Part shown: piece by piece, positions 44,909-54,807 of the stretch | Numbering within the stretch: the first letter of the stretch is position 1 | Layout: every line of letters begins with the position of its first letter | From: an uncultured Candidatus Rokubacteria bacterium | GTDB taxonomy: Bacteria; Methylomirabilota; Methylomirabilia; Rokubacteriales; DASRDR01 | NCBI GenBank assembly: GCA_963805625.1 | Contig: CAWDVE010000010.1 | Location: 896,001 to 960,000 of the forward strand | Reading direction: 5' to 3' | Length of the DNA: 64,000 nucleotides | Notes under the pieces: model-generated | Seen by the model: the letters and a program-made list of their open reading frames with translations, nothing else | Told to the model about the DNA's origin: nothing | The model's database searches: none | Translations under genes and position numbers: made by a program

Positions 44909-47476
44909 TCAGTCCCTCTCGCGGGCGAGGTAGGCGGCGATGCGCGCCGCCTCGCGCTCGCGGAAGCGGACCGCGACGCGCAGCTGCTCGAGATACTGAT
45001 CGAGGATCTTCCCGCCGAGCTCGATCCCGTGGGCCGGGAAGAACGCGCGCACCTCAGCCTCCCACTCGGTGCGCACGAGCGCGCTGACGCCATCGAACAC
45101 CCGTCGGAACGCGCTCGGGGGATAGAGCCGCCGCATGGTCTCCCAGTGGCCCTTCACGAACTCCCAGGCGAGCCCGCGCCCCCAAACGCTCACGAGCATC
45201 GAGCGGACGACGTAGGGGGCATCCTGGCTCCGGATCTCGCCGTCCAGCGTGTGCTGGAGAGTCTGGGTGATGAGCTCCGGCTGGCGGAACGCCGCCAGCG
45301 CGTAGAGGTACCGCTGTTCCTCCTGGGGGCTCCGGGCGTGACGGAAGCGCTCGCGAAACTCGGCGTACTCGGCCTCGTCGCCGGCCCGCGCCAGGATGGC
45401 GATCAGCGCGGGCAGCACGTTGGGATCGACCGCGTGCTCGTCGGCCCGGTAGCGCGCGTACAGCTCCTTCGCCTGCGCCTGGATCTCCCGGTCGTCGCCG
45501 AGGACGCCGAGCGCGCGGAGGAGGTCGCCGCGAAGCTGCCGCGTGAGCTCGTCCTCACCCGGCCGCGGCGTCCAGCCCAGCCGGCGGGCGGCCGGACCCA
45601 CGCGGTCTCGAACGAACGCCTCGAGCAAGCCCCGGGCGTCGTCGTCGATCGTCCGGTTCACGTAGGCGAGGGCGCTGACCAGCACCGCCCAGACGTTGCG
45701 GTCCGTCTCATCGCGGAACCGCTCCGTCAGGTCGAGGAACGCAGGGGCGTCGAGGTCGCCGGCCTGGGTGAGGGCGAAGCAATCCGACACCAGGCCGAAG
45801 CGCTCGATCGGCGCAAGGACGGCCAGATCGGCCGTCAGCCGGCCGAGCAGCGCCGGCGCGTAGCCCACCCGGTAGAAGCCGTGACCTCCGGCGTTGACGA
45901 CAACCCACTGCGGCGCGCCGGGGAGCGCGACGTCATCCTCGGCGGCGGCCAGGAGGAGCTTCTGCTCCACCACCTTCCCCGCCACCGACGCCCGCACGGT
46001 CACGGGAACCCGCCAGAGCTGCGCGGGCTCGTCGGCGCTCCCCGGCGCAGGCTCACCGAGGTACGTGAAGCGCCGCTGCGTGAGGCGGAGCTTCGGCCCC
46101 TCCGCCCGGACCCCGACCAGGGGGTAGCCCGGGTGGAAAACCCAGCCGTCCATGACGTCAGGGATGGGCTGCCCGGACGCCTCGCCGAGCGCCTTCCAGA
46201 GATCGGTGGTCTCCGCATTCTCGTACTCGTGCCAGCGGAGGTAGAGGCGCACGCCCTCGCGGAACGTGTCGGGCCCGATGTGCTGCTCCAGCATGCGGAG
46301 AACCGACGCGCCCTTCTCGTACGTGAGGAGATCGAACATCGCCTCGCAGTCCCGCGGGGCCCGGACGTCGTACTCGATGGGCCGGCTCGCGTGGAGCCCG
46401 TCGACCCCCATCGCCGCGGCACGGGAGACGCCGAAGCTCACCCAGCGCTGCCACTCCGGCTTCCAGGCGTGGACCGCGAGCATCTCCATGAAGGTCGCGA
46501 ACGCCTCGTTGAGCCAGATCCCATTCCACCACACCATGGTCACGAGGTCGCCGAACCACATGTGGGCGAGCTCGTGCGCGACCACGTCGGCGATCCGCTC
46601 GAGGTCGGTGTGGGACGCGGCCGCCTCGTCGACCAGGAGGGCGGTCTCGCGGAACGTGATCGCTCCCAGGTTCTCCATCGCTCCCGCCGCGAAGTCGGGG
46701 ATCGCCAGGAGATCGACCTTGTCGCCCGGATACGGGATGCCGTAGTAGCGCTCGAAGAAGTCGAGGCAGAAGGCCCCCGCCGTCCGCGCGTAGGCGGCCA
46801 GGTGGACCTTGCCCTGGACGCACCAGACGCGGAGCGGCGTCTTGCCGACCATGACCGGCTCGGTCGACTCCAGCTCCCCGACGATGAAGGCGACGAGGTA
46901 CGTCGACATCCGGATGGTGTCCCCGAACGTCACCGCCCGCCGGCCGGGCCCCGCCGGCTCCTCCCGGACGGGCGCGGTGTTGGAGATCGCCGTGTAGCCG
47001 TCGGGCACGACAAGCGTGACGCCGAAGACGGCCTTCAGCGCCGGCTCGTCCCAGCACGGGAACGCGCGCCGCGCGTCGACCGCCTCGAACTGCGTCGCCG
47101 CCATGACGTGCGTTCGCCCGTCCGCATCCTTGAACGTGCTGCGGTAGAAGCCGTGGAGCTGGTCGTTCAGCATGCCCTGGAACGTGAGGCGGAGGCTCCA
47201 CTCCCCGGGTCGGAGCGCGCGGGAGAAACGCAGGTGGACGCGATCGGTCGCGGGGTCGAGAGACGCCGTGCCTTCGAGCCGAGTGCCGTCGGGCCCCTCG
47301 GCGGCGACGTGCGTGATCGTGAGCTCGACGGCGTTCAGCTGAATCTCGTCCGTCTCATCGCGAATCTCGACCTGGACGGCCTCCTCGCCGGCGTACGTGG
47401 CGGCATCGAGGTCAGGCTCGAGCCGGATGTCGTAGCGGCTCGGGACGACCGTCCTGGGCAGGCGATGGCTGTTCAC
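44909..47476 (-). CDS. pepN: M1 family aminopeptidase N (ERAP1-like C-terminal domain)
   Basis: RLP, TQFE..DARRAFPCWDEP, GAMEN, HELAH-x18-E, YEKG. GAAAGGGGAG RBS before GTG 47476. Confidence 0.93.
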   Translation of the reverse strand: MNSHRLPRTVVPSRYDIRLEPDLDAATYAGEEAVQVEIRDETDEIQLNAVELTITHVAAEGPDGTRLEGTASLDPATDRVHLRFSRALRPGEWSLRLTFQGMLNDQLHGFYRSTFKDADGRTHVMAATQFEAVDARRAFPCWDEPALKAVFGVTLVVPDGYTAISNTAPVREEPAGPGRRAVTFGDTIRMSTYLVAFIVGELESTEPVMVGKTPLRVWCVQGKVHLAAYARTAGAFCLDFFERYYGIPYPGDKVDLLAIPDFAAGAMENLGAITFRETALLVDEAAASHTDLERIADVVAHELAHMWFGDLVTMVWWNGIWLNEAFATFMEMLAVHAWKPEWQRWVSFGVSRAAAMGVDGLHASRPIEYDVRAPRDCEAMFDLLTYEKGASVLRMLEQHIGPDTFREGVRLYLRWHEYENAETTDLWKALGEASGQPIPDVMDGWVFHPGYPLVGVRAEGPKLRLTQRRFTYLGEPAPGSADEPAQLWRVPVTVRASVAGKVVEQKLLLAAAEDDVALPGAPQWVVVNAGGHGFYRVGYAPALLGRLTADLAVLAPIERFGLVSDCFALTQAGDLDAPAFLDLTERFRDETDRNVWAVLVSALAYVNRTIDDDARGLLEAFVRDRVGPAARRLGWTPRPGEDELTRQLRGDLLRALGVLGDDREIQAQAKELYARYRADEHAVDPNVLPALIAILARAGDEAEYAEFRERFRHARSPQEEQRYLYALAAFRQPELITQTLQHTLDGEIRSQDAPYVVRSMLVSVWGRGLAWEFVKGHWETMRRLYPPSAFRRVFDGVSALVRTEWEAEVRAFFPAHGIELGGKILDQYLEQLRVAVRFREREAARIAAYLARERD

Positions 47477-47634
47477 GTGGCTCCCCTTTCCGCGCTCCGG
47501 CGCCCGGCGCCGGTCAGTGTCGGTGACAGTGGGCCACCTGGCTCGCACTCCCGCGGGGCCCCGGAGGAGGATACCATCCGGCGGGGCGATGCGGCCCCTT
47601 GCCCCGCCCGCCGTGCCTGTCGGGGCCGTCACCG

Positions 47635-47663
47635 TTGACGCCGCCGAAAGGCACGTGTATATG
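47635..47663 (+). promoter_or_regulatory. Putative sigma70 promoter TTGACG-N17-TATATG
   Basis: Upstream of the GGAGG RBS and ATG 47735. Confidence 0.4.
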
Positions 47664-47734
47664 ACGCGTGGGTTCACAGACGTGACTGTCACTTCGTTCA
47701 ACTCCTGAGAACCCCCCGGGGAGGTCCTGTCAGC

Positions 47735-48199
47735 ATGAGCGAGCGCGCGCGAACCTTGGCCGAGCGCTTCGAGCAAGCGAACCGCGAGCTAATCCACACG
47801 GTCGAGGGGCTGTCGGACGCTCAGTGGCGGACCAAGGCCGCCGGCGAGGGCTGGAGCGTCGGCGTCGTCGCCCATCACGTCGCCGGGGGCCACGCGGCAC
47901 TTTCGGATCTGGTTCAGAAGATCGCGAACGCCGAGCCCGTCGCGGTCGACATGGATGCGCTCCACACGAGAAACGCGGAGCACGCCGTTCAGTATGCGCA
48001 CACCACCAAGGCCGAGACGCTGGCCCTTCTCCGCCAGAACGGGGCCGCGGCGACCGCGGTGGTGCGTGGCCTCAGGGACACCCAGCTCGACCGCGTCGGC
48101 GGCTCCATGGGAATGACCGCCGCCCAGGTCATCGAGCGAATCCTCATCGGCCACGTCGTCGACCACCACGGCAGCATCCGGAAGGCCATCGGCACCTAG
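47735..48199 (+). CDS. DinB superfamily protein
   Basis: LSDAQW, GWSVGVVAHH and C-terminal HVVDH metal-binding histidines. Confidence 0.8.
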   Translation: MSERARTLAERFEQANRELIHTVEGLSDAQWRTKAAGEGWSVGVVAHHVAGGHAALSDLVQKIANAEPVAVDMDALHTRNAEHAVQYAHTTKAETLALLRQNGAAATAVVRGLRDTQLDRVGGSMGMTAAQVIERILIGHVVDHHGSIRKAIGT

Positions 48200-48258
48200 C
48201 CGGGGCGGGCGGCCCTCCGGGACGACCCGGGGGCGCCGGACCGTCGGCACACTGTTCG

Positions 48259-49005
48259 ATGCTCGACAAGTCGGCGCTATCGGCCTTCCTCCTCCTCACG
48301 CTCCTGCTCCCGGCGTGCGGAACGCTCGCGCGAGATCCGAGCTGGTGGCAGGCGCGACGCGATTCCTCCGGGCAGGCTCCCGATCCCGCCACGACGCCCG
48401 AAGCGGTGATCCAGGTTTACGCCGCGCGCACGGTCGGATGGAAGGGGGTCCTCGGAGTCCACACATGGATCGCGCTGAAACGGTCGGGCGCGGCCCAATA
48501 CACGCGGTACGAGGTCATCGGCTGGGGTGTCGATCGAGGAGCCTCAGCCCTCCGCGTGAACCGGACGGGCCCGGACAACTACTGGTTCGGCAGTCGGCCC
48601 GATCTCCTGGCCAACGTGCGCGGGGACGGTGTGGACATCCTGATCGACCGCATCGAGGCGGCCGTGGGCGCGTATCCCTACCCCTCGAGCTACCGCACGT
48701 GGCCGGGACCCAACAGCAACACGTTCACGGCCTTCATCGGGCGGGCCGTTCCCGAGCTGCGCCTCGATCTCCCGCCGACGGCGGTCGGAAAGGACTTCCT
48801 GCCGGGAGGCGCTCCGGTCGGGCTCGCACCGAGTGGCACCGGGGTCCAGGTCTCGCTTCTCGGCCTCGCCGGCCTGCTGGTGGGGTGGGAGGAAGGGGTC
48901 GAGGTCAACCTGCTCGGGCTCACGTTCGGGCTCGACTGGAACCGCCCGGCTCTGAAGCTCCCGGGCCTCGGTCGAGTCGGCGTCCCCGACGCTCCTCCTC
49001 CCTGA
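48259..49005 (+). CDS. DUF3750-like lipoprotein
   Basis: Lipobox LPAC; SSGQAPDP, VYAAR..GWKG..GVHTW, YRTWPGPNSNTF, PPTAVGKD. Confidence 0.75.
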   Translation: MLDKSALSAFLLLTLLLPACGTLARDPSWWQARRDSSGQAPDPATTPEAVIQVYAARTVGWKGVLGVHTWIALKRSGAAQYTRYEVIGWGVDRGASALRVNRTGPDNYWFGSRPDLLANVRGDGVDILIDRIEAAVGAYPYPSSYRTWPGPNSNTFTAFIGRAVPELRLDLPPTAVGKDFLPGGAPVGLAPSGTGVQVSLLGLAGLLVGWEEGVEVNLLGLTFGLDWNRPALKLPGLGRVGVPDAPPP

Positions 49006-49180
49006 CGCGCCGCCGGCCCGAGTCCCGCAGGAGCCGCGCGAGCGGCGCGGGTTCACGGCGTTGCGGGCACTCCACGGTTCCCCTATCATGCGAAGCGATG
49101 AGTACTGCGACCCGCTCGGCTGTCCCGCGGCACCGCGCCGCTGTGCCTCCCGCCACCCCCTGCCTCTTCGGAGGAGCCGC

Positions 49181-50257
49181 GTGAAGAAGAACTTCTACAG
49201 TGACAACGTCTCGGGCGCCGCCCCGGAGATCCTGCGGGCGATCGTCGAGTCGAACGCGGACGACACCGCGCCGTACGGCGGCGATCCGTACACGCAGCGG
49301 CTCGAGCAACGGATGGCGGAGCTCTTCGAGACGGAGGTCGACGTCTATCCTGTTGGTACCGGCACGGTGGCGAACGGGCTCTGCGCCTCGCTCATCTCGA
49401 CCCCGTACGGCGGCATCTACTGCGCCGACGTCTCGCACCTTCACGCGAGCGAGTGCGGAGGGGCGGAGTTCTGGTCGGGCGGCAACGCCCGGAGCGTCCC
49501 GGTCCCGACCGTGGACGGGAAGATTCCCGTTGCCACGCTGGTGGAGACCATCGAGGCGGGCGCCCTCCGGGCGGCCGACGTGCCGGGCCGCGCGGTGAGC
49601 CTCACGCAGGGGACCGAGGCCGGCACGGTCTACACCGTCCGCGAGGTTCGGGAGCTGGCGGCGGCGGCCCGCGCGAAGAACCTCCTGGTCCACATGGACG
49701 GCGCCCGCTTCGCCAACGCGGTCGCTCGCCTCGGCTGCGCGCCGGCCGAGCTCACTTGGAAGGCCGGGGTCGACCTCCTGTCGTTCGGTGCCACGAAGAA
49801 TGGAGCGCTCTGCGCGGAGGCCGTCGTCTTCTTCAATCGCGCCCTGGCCGAGACCATGCGCTACCGCCGGCGCCGGGCGGGCCACCTCTTCTCGAAAATG
49901 CGCTTTCTATCCGCCCAGTTGGTCGCCTTCCTCGAGGACGATCTCTGGCTCCGGAGTGCCCGCCACGCGAACGCGATGGCCGCGCGCGTGCGCCAGGGAC
50001 TCGCCAGCCTCCCGGGTGTCCGGTTACCCCACCCGACCGAGATCAACTTCGTACTGGCGGCGCTTCCCAAGCCGGTGTGGGATGGTCTGGTCGCCGACGG
50101 GTACAGCTTCTCCCGCCGCGGCGCGCCCCGGGACGGCGTCGTCCGGATCGCGTGCGCCTGGGACACGCCCGCCGAGGCCGTGGACGCGCTGGTGGAGGCC
50201 GCACACCGGCACGCAGGGCTCGTCCCCGCGGGCGCCACGGCCGGGCGCCGCGGGTGA
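49181..50257 (+). CDS. ltaE: Low-specificity L-threonine aldolase family
   Basis: FYSDN, PYGGD, GTGTVAN, HMDGARFANA, SFGATKNG, SKMRF. GGAGGAG RBS. Confidence 0.88.
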   Translation: MKKNFYSDNVSGAAPEILRAIVESNADDTAPYGGDPYTQRLEQRMAELFETEVDVYPVGTGTVANGLCASLISTPYGGIYCADVSHLHASECGGAEFWSGGNARSVPVPTVDGKIPVATLVETIEAGALRAADVPGRAVSLTQGTEAGTVYTVREVRELAAAARAKNLLVHMDGARFANAVARLGCAPAELTWKAGVDLLSFGATKNGALCAEAVVFFNRALAETMRYRRRRAGHLFSKMRFLSAQLVAFLEDDLWLRSARHANAMAARVRQGLASLPGVRLPHPTEINFVLAALPKPVWDGLVADGYSFSRRGAPRDGVVRIACAWDTPAEAVDALVEAAHRHAGLVPAGATAGRRG

Positions 50258-50326
50258 GGTGAGGGCGGCGCGGCGGCCGCCCTGCCCTCGAGCCGACCAT
50301 CCCCCCCGGGGACAAGGCTCCCCCTG

Positions 50327-51544
50327 ATGCAATTTCCCGCCGCCCTCCGGGCGCTGAACCACCGCGACTTCCGCCTGTTCTGGATGGGCCAGTCCATCTC
50401 GTCCGTGGGCAGCTGGATGCAATCGGTCGGGCTCTCCTGGCTCGTTCTCGAGCTCACCAACTCGCCATTCCGTCTGGGCGTGGTGAGCGCGCTCCAGTTC
50501 GCCCCCGTACTCCTCTTCTCGGCCGTCGCCGGGGTCGTCGTGGATCGGACGCCGAAGCGTCGCCTAATCCTCGGCACCCAGATGGCCTTGATGCTGCCCG
50601 CCTTCGTCCTCGCCGGGCTGTCGTGGACCGGCTGGGTGCGCTACTGGCACGTTGCCACGCTGGCGGGCGTGATCGGCCTGGTGAACGCGCTCGACATGCC
50701 CTCCCGGCAGTCCTTCCTCGTCGAGATGGTCGGCCGGGAGGATCTGCTGAACGGCATCGCGCTCAACTCCGCCACGTTCAACTCCGCCCGGGTCATCGGC
50801 CCCGCGCTGGGTGGGCTTCTCATCGCCCGCTACGGCACGGCGGTCGCGTTTTTGCTGAACGCTCTGTCCTTCCTCGCCGTGGTGCTGACCCTCACTGCGG
50901 TTCGGGTCGGCTCGGAGGCGAATCCGCGGCGCGGCACGACGATCCGGGAGGAGCTGATGGACGGCGTCCGCTATGCGACACGCACGCCGCTCGTCGCGCT
51001 CATCCTGGGTCTCGTGTTCGCGGTCAGCACATTCGCCATGAACCACGGCGTCCTCGTCCCCCTCTTCGCGCGCGAGGTCCTGCACGAAGGAGTCCACGTG
51101 TTCGGCCTGCTCATGGCGGCGCTCGGCGCGGGGGCCGTCGTTGGCGCGGTCGCCCTCGCGACGCTAGGCGGCGGGCGGCCTCCGCTCGCCGCCGTAGTCA
51201 TTCCGGGGATGGGGGTGGCTCTCGGCATTCTCAGTCTCGCGTTCGTGCGACACTTCGCCTTGGCAGCGGTCGTCCTGTTCCTCGTCGGTATCATGCAGAT
51301 CGTCTTCCAGAACGGCTGCAACACGATTGTCCAGGTCACCGTGCCGGACGAGCTCCGCGGGCGGGTCATGGGCGTCTACATGATGGTCTTCGCCGGCGCG
51401 ACGCCCCTGGGGGCCTCGCTCATCGGCTCGATCGCCGAGGGCGCCGGCGTGCCCGCCGCCTGCCTGGTCGGCGGGGGGCTCGCCCTCCTCGGCGCCCTGT
51501 TCCAGCTCGCTCGCTGGCGGCGGGCCAAGCACGTCTACGCGTGA
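50327..51544 (+). CDS. MFS transporter
   Basis: RDFRLFWMGQ, GSWMQ, DMPSRQS, FNSARVIGP, VPDELRGRVMG. Confidence 0.92.
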   Translation: MQFPAALRALNHRDFRLFWMGQSISSVGSWMQSVGLSWLVLELTNSPFRLGVVSALQFAPVLLFSAVAGVVVDRTPKRRLILGTQMALMLPAFVLAGLSWTGWVRYWHVATLAGVIGLVNALDMPSRQSFLVEMVGREDLLNGIALNSATFNSARVIGPALGGLLIARYGTAVAFLLNALSFLAVVLTLTAVRVGSEANPRRGTTIREELMDGVRYATRTPLVALILGLVFAVSTFAMNHGVLVPLFAREVLHEGVHVFGLLMAALGAGAVVGAVALATLGGGRPPLAAVVIPGMGVALGILSLAFVRHFALAAVVLFLVGIMQIVFQNGCNTIVQVTVPDELRGRVMGVYMMVFAGATPLGASLIGSIAEGAGVPAACLVGGGLALLGALFQLARWRRAKHVYA

Positions 51545-51903
51545 AGCTACGCTCCCCTCGGCGACACGCCGTCGACCCCGACGTGGTGCTGGGGGCAGGA
51601 CGGCCCGCCCCGCTGATGCGTCTCCTCGAGACGGCCCTCCGGGCCGGGATCCAGGCGCCGGTGCCCTTCCTGGCCCGCCCGACGTGCATGACCCTGCCCG
51701 CCGCCCTCGCCTCCGGCGTCACCGCGAGCACCGGGTGCATCGGGAACCGCGCCTACACGGATCTCGGCGACGACGAGCTCTACGTGGCGATTCCCGGGAG
51801 GGACCTCGCCAAGCTGGCGTCCGAGTCCCAGACCATCGCGACGGCGAACGCCGCGCTGTCCAACTACCATCGTGGGCGGCGCCAGGCCCTCTCGACGGAG
51901 TAG
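51541..51903 (+). pseudogene. C-terminal half of a DUF169-like protein
   Basis: DPDVV...RPTC...SxGCIGNRAYT...DELYVAIPG. The N-terminal half is missing and the remnant abuts the MFS stop. Confidence 0.6.
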
Positions 51904-51917
51904 CCCGCCAGAGCGGC

Positions 51918-52859
51918 ATGCGCATCGGAGTCGACCTGGGCGGTACGAAGATCGAGGCCGTCGCGCTCGACCGCGACGGGCGCGAGCGCGGCCGGCGCCG
52001 TGTGCCGACGCCGCGCGACCGCTACGCCGCGACGCTGGCCGCGATCACCACGCTGGTCGAGGGGCTCGAGCGCGAGGGCGGCGAGCCCGCGCGGGTCGGC
52101 ATCGGAATGCCGGGAGCGCTCTCACCCGCTACCGGGCTCGTGAAGAACGCGAACAGCGTCTGGCTCAACGGCCGCGCCCTTCGCCAGGACCTCGAGCGCC
52201 TTCTCCACCGGCCTCTCCGCTTCGCAAACGACGCGAACTGCTTCGCGCTGTCCGAGGCCCGGGACGGCGCCGGCGCGGGGGCGCGCGTCGTCTTCGGCGT
52301 CATCCTGGGAACCGGCGCCGGCGGCGGCATCGTCGTCGACGGCCGTGTCCTGACGGGCCCGAACGCGGTCGCCGGGGAGTGGGGCCACAATCCCCTCCCC
52401 TGGCCGCGCACCGGGGAATGGCCGGGTGCGGCCTGCTACTGCGGGCGGACGGGCTGCGTGGAAACCTTCCTGTCTGGACCCGGCATCTCCCGGGATCACC
52501 TCGAGGCAACCGGCGAGGGGCTCAATGCGACGACCATCGCCGCGCGCGCGGCCGGCGGCGACGAGCGCTGCGAGGCGACGCTCGCCCGCTACGAGGAGCG
52601 GCTCGCCCGGGCGCTGGCAGCGGTCGTCAACCTCCTCGACCCGGACGTGATCGTGCTCGGCGGCGGGCTCTCGAACCTCACCCGGCTCTATGAGAGGGTT
52701 CCGGAGTGCTGGGGCGCCTGGGTGTTCTCGGACCGCGTCGACACCCGGCTCCGCCCGCCGCAGCACGGCGATTCGAGCGGTGTCCGGGGAGCGGCGTGGC
52801 TCTGGGAGGCCGCCGAGGACGACGGAAGGCCGAGCCCGTGGCCGCCTCCTACCGGCTGA
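51918..52859 (+). CDS. ROK family sugar kinase (fructokinase Mak-like)
   Basis: IGVDLGGTKIE, ANDANCFALSEA, GTGAGGG, GEWGH, CYCGRTGCVE, HGDSSGVRGAAWL. Confidence 0.92.
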   Translation: MRIGVDLGGTKIEAVALDRDGRERGRRRVPTPRDRYAATLAAITTLVEGLEREGGEPARVGIGMPGALSPATGLVKNANSVWLNGRALRQDLERLLHRPLRFANDANCFALSEARDGAGAGARVVFGVILGTGAGGGIVVDGRVLTGPNAVAGEWGHNPLPWPRTGEWPGAACYCGRTGCVETFLSGPGISRDHLEATGEGLNATTIAARAAGGDERCEATLARYEERLARALAAVVNLLDPDVIVLGGGLSNLTRLYERVPECWGAWVFSDRVDTRLRPPQHGDSSGVRGAAWLWEAAEDDGRPSPWPPPTG

Positions 52860-53321
52860 GCCCCGTCCGCCCGGCGGTCAACGCGCTGGTCCGGGGCCTG
52901 CCCGGCCTGGGCCTCGGCCCGCCTCGCACGTACCTCCTGACCGTCCCCGGACGCCGCAGCGGGCGGCCGCGATCGACGCCGGTGACGCTCGCTCGTCGAG
53001 GGCGGTGGGCAACGCTGGCTCGTGGCCCCCTACGGCACCGTGGGCTGGGTCATGAAGGCGCGCATGGCTGGACGTGTCACCCTCTCCCGCGGGTGACGGA
53101 GAGAGACCGTGCTCGTGTCGGAGCTCGACTCCCGGAAGAGCGCCCCGGTGCTCCGTCAGTACGCGCGCGAAGTGCCAGTCACGCGCCCGTTCTTCGACGC
53201 AGGGCCCGACGGCCCGCTCGAGGGGTTCGCCGCCGAGGCCACCCGTCACCCGGTGTTCCGAATCATGTTGGCGAGCACCGCGAGCGAGTCCACGCGAACG
53301 AGGTCGGGGCGGCTCGCATGA
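52838..53321 (+). pseudogene. Deazaflavin (F420)-dependent nitroreductase family pseudogene
   Basis: LLTVPGRRSGRPRSTPV, then a 4-bp duplication (GCTCGCTC near 52987) shifts frame to WLVAPYG...W; in-frame TGA at 53094; HPVFRI at the end. Confidence 0.8.
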
Positions 53322-53971
53322 CGCCCGCTCCGGTCGATCAGCACGGCCCGCAGGCCCGCGGCGTGGGCTCCCTCGCAATCCTCGACCGGCGAGTCCCCGA
53401 CGTGGAGCGCCCGCGCGGCGTCAACCCCGTGATGCGCAAGCGCCCGCGCGAAGATCGCGCGGTCCGGCTTGGTCGCGCCCACCTGGCTCGAGAGTGTCAC
53501 CGACTGGAACCAGGGCGAGAGGCCCAGGCCCTCGAGAATTCGCAGGACTCGGCTGTCGAAGTTACTCACGACGCCGAGCCGAGAGCCGAGGGCACGGAGG
53601 GCGGAAAGCGCCGGCATCACGTCCGGGAAGACGTCCCACGTGGCCGGGTCCTCGAAGTGGCGGTAGACCGCGTCGAAGTACGCGCCGAACGCGCCAGGGC
53701 CGAAGCCGGCCAGGAGCCCGGCCCCGGCGAAGACGTCCCGCACGATCCCCCGCCAGACCTCGCGCTCGAGTCCGGGAACCGCCTCGGCCGGCGCGCCGGG
53801 GAACGCCATCGGTGGCGCCGCCCGGAAGGCGCGGGGAAACTCGCGCTCGAGCGCCTTTGGATCGGGGGCAGGCCCGAAGCGACCGGCGACGCGCGCGTAC
53901 TGTACGCCGACCCCGTCGCGGACCCGGATCAGCGTGCCCGCGACGTCGAAGAAGACCACGGTTGCCGTCAC
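53246..53971 (-). CDS. HAD-IA family hydrolase
   Basis: FFDVAGTL, VVSNFD, KPD..IF, HVGDS..EDCEGA. GAGGAG RBS. Confidence 0.9.
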   Translation of the reverse strand: MTATVVFFDVAGTLIRVRDGVGVQYARVAGRFGPAPDPKALEREFPRAFRAAPPMAFPGAPAEAVPGLEREVWRGIVRDVFAGAGLLAGFGPGAFGAYFDAVYRHFEDPATWDVFPDVMPALSALRALGSRLGVVSNFDSRVLRILEGLGLSPWFQSVTLSSQVGATKPDRAIFARALAHHGVDAARALHVGDSPVEDCEGAHAAGLRAVLIDRSGRHASRPDLVRVDSLAVLANMIRNTG

Positions 53972-54027
53972 CCTCTCCTCCGTGTCGCGCCACGGACCGG
54001 CGGGCTCGCAGGCTCCCGGCTCCGGCG

Positions 54028-54720
54028 ATGAGCGCACCAGATCCCCCGCGACCCGCACCCACCCCGTTCCACGAGGCGGCCGGCGAGGGACTGACCGTTC
54101 GCGGGATGCTTCACGTCCCCGCGGGTAGCGCCGAGGACGGCCTCGTCCTCACCCACGGCGCCGGCTCGTCCTCCGACAGCCCGCTCCTCGTTGCGCTCGC
54201 CGAGGCACTGGCAGCCCGGGGCGTCGTGGTGCTTCGCTGCGACCTCCCGTTTCGCCTGGCTCGTCCGCATGGGCCGCCGTCGCCAGCCGGCGCCGCGCGA
54301 GACCGCGCCGGGCTCCGGGCCGCCGTAGCGGCGCTCGTGCGCACTGGTCTCAGACGTGTCGGGCTCGGCGGCCACTCCTACGGCGGCCGTCAGGCGAGCC
54401 TCCTCGCCGCGGAGGAGCCCACTCTGGCGAGCGCGCTTCTCCTGCTCGCCTATCCCCTCCACCCGCCGGGACGGCTCGCAGAGCTCCGGATCGCCCACTT
54501 CCCGCGACTCCGCACGCCCGCCCTGTTCGTCCACGGAACCACGGACCCGTTCGGCTCGGTGGCTGAGCTCCGGAGCGCCCTGGCCGGAATTCCGGCCCCG
54601 ACAGCCCTCCACCTCGAGCCCGGGGTCGGCCACGACCTCGGCGCGTCGCGGCGCTCGCGCAACGCGCTGTCGGAGCTGGCCGCGCGCATCGCGGAGCGCT
54701 GGCTCGAGGTCGAAGCATGA
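54028..54720 (+). CDS. Alpha/beta hydrolase (small, KANL3/Tex30-like)
   Basis: THGAG, GGHSYGGR, YPLHPPG, GTTDPFG, GHDL. Confidence 0.88.
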   Translation: MSAPDPPRPAPTPFHEAAGEGLTVRGMLHVPAGSAEDGLVLTHGAGSSSDSPLLVALAEALAARGVVVLRCDLPFRLARPHGPPSPAGAARDRAGLRAAVAALVRTGLRRVGLGGHSYGGRQASLLAAEEPTLASALLLLAYPLHPPGRLAELRIAHFPRLRTPALFVHGTTDPFGSVAELRSALAGIPAPTALHLEPGVGHDLGASRRSRNALSELAARIAERWLEVEA

Positions 54721-54791
54721 GGTCCGGCAAGATCGGCAGTCTAGCACGGTGCCGGCGCGCCCCGCGCGCTGGGCGAGTGCTCGGCCAAACC

Positions 54792-54800
54792 TGCTATATT
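54792..54800 (+). promoter_or_regulatory. Extended -10 (TGcTATATT), 7 nt before ATG; likely leaderless
   Basis: Read directly; no SD before ATG 54808. Confidence 0.55.
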
Positions 54801-54807
54801 TCACGGG

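Noticed and set aside
53094-53096. In-frame TGA (also at 34142) as selenocysteine or recoded Trp
   Set aside because: Both genes also carry frameshifts, the positions correspond to Arg/Trp rather than Cys, and TGA is the normal stop for many genes here.
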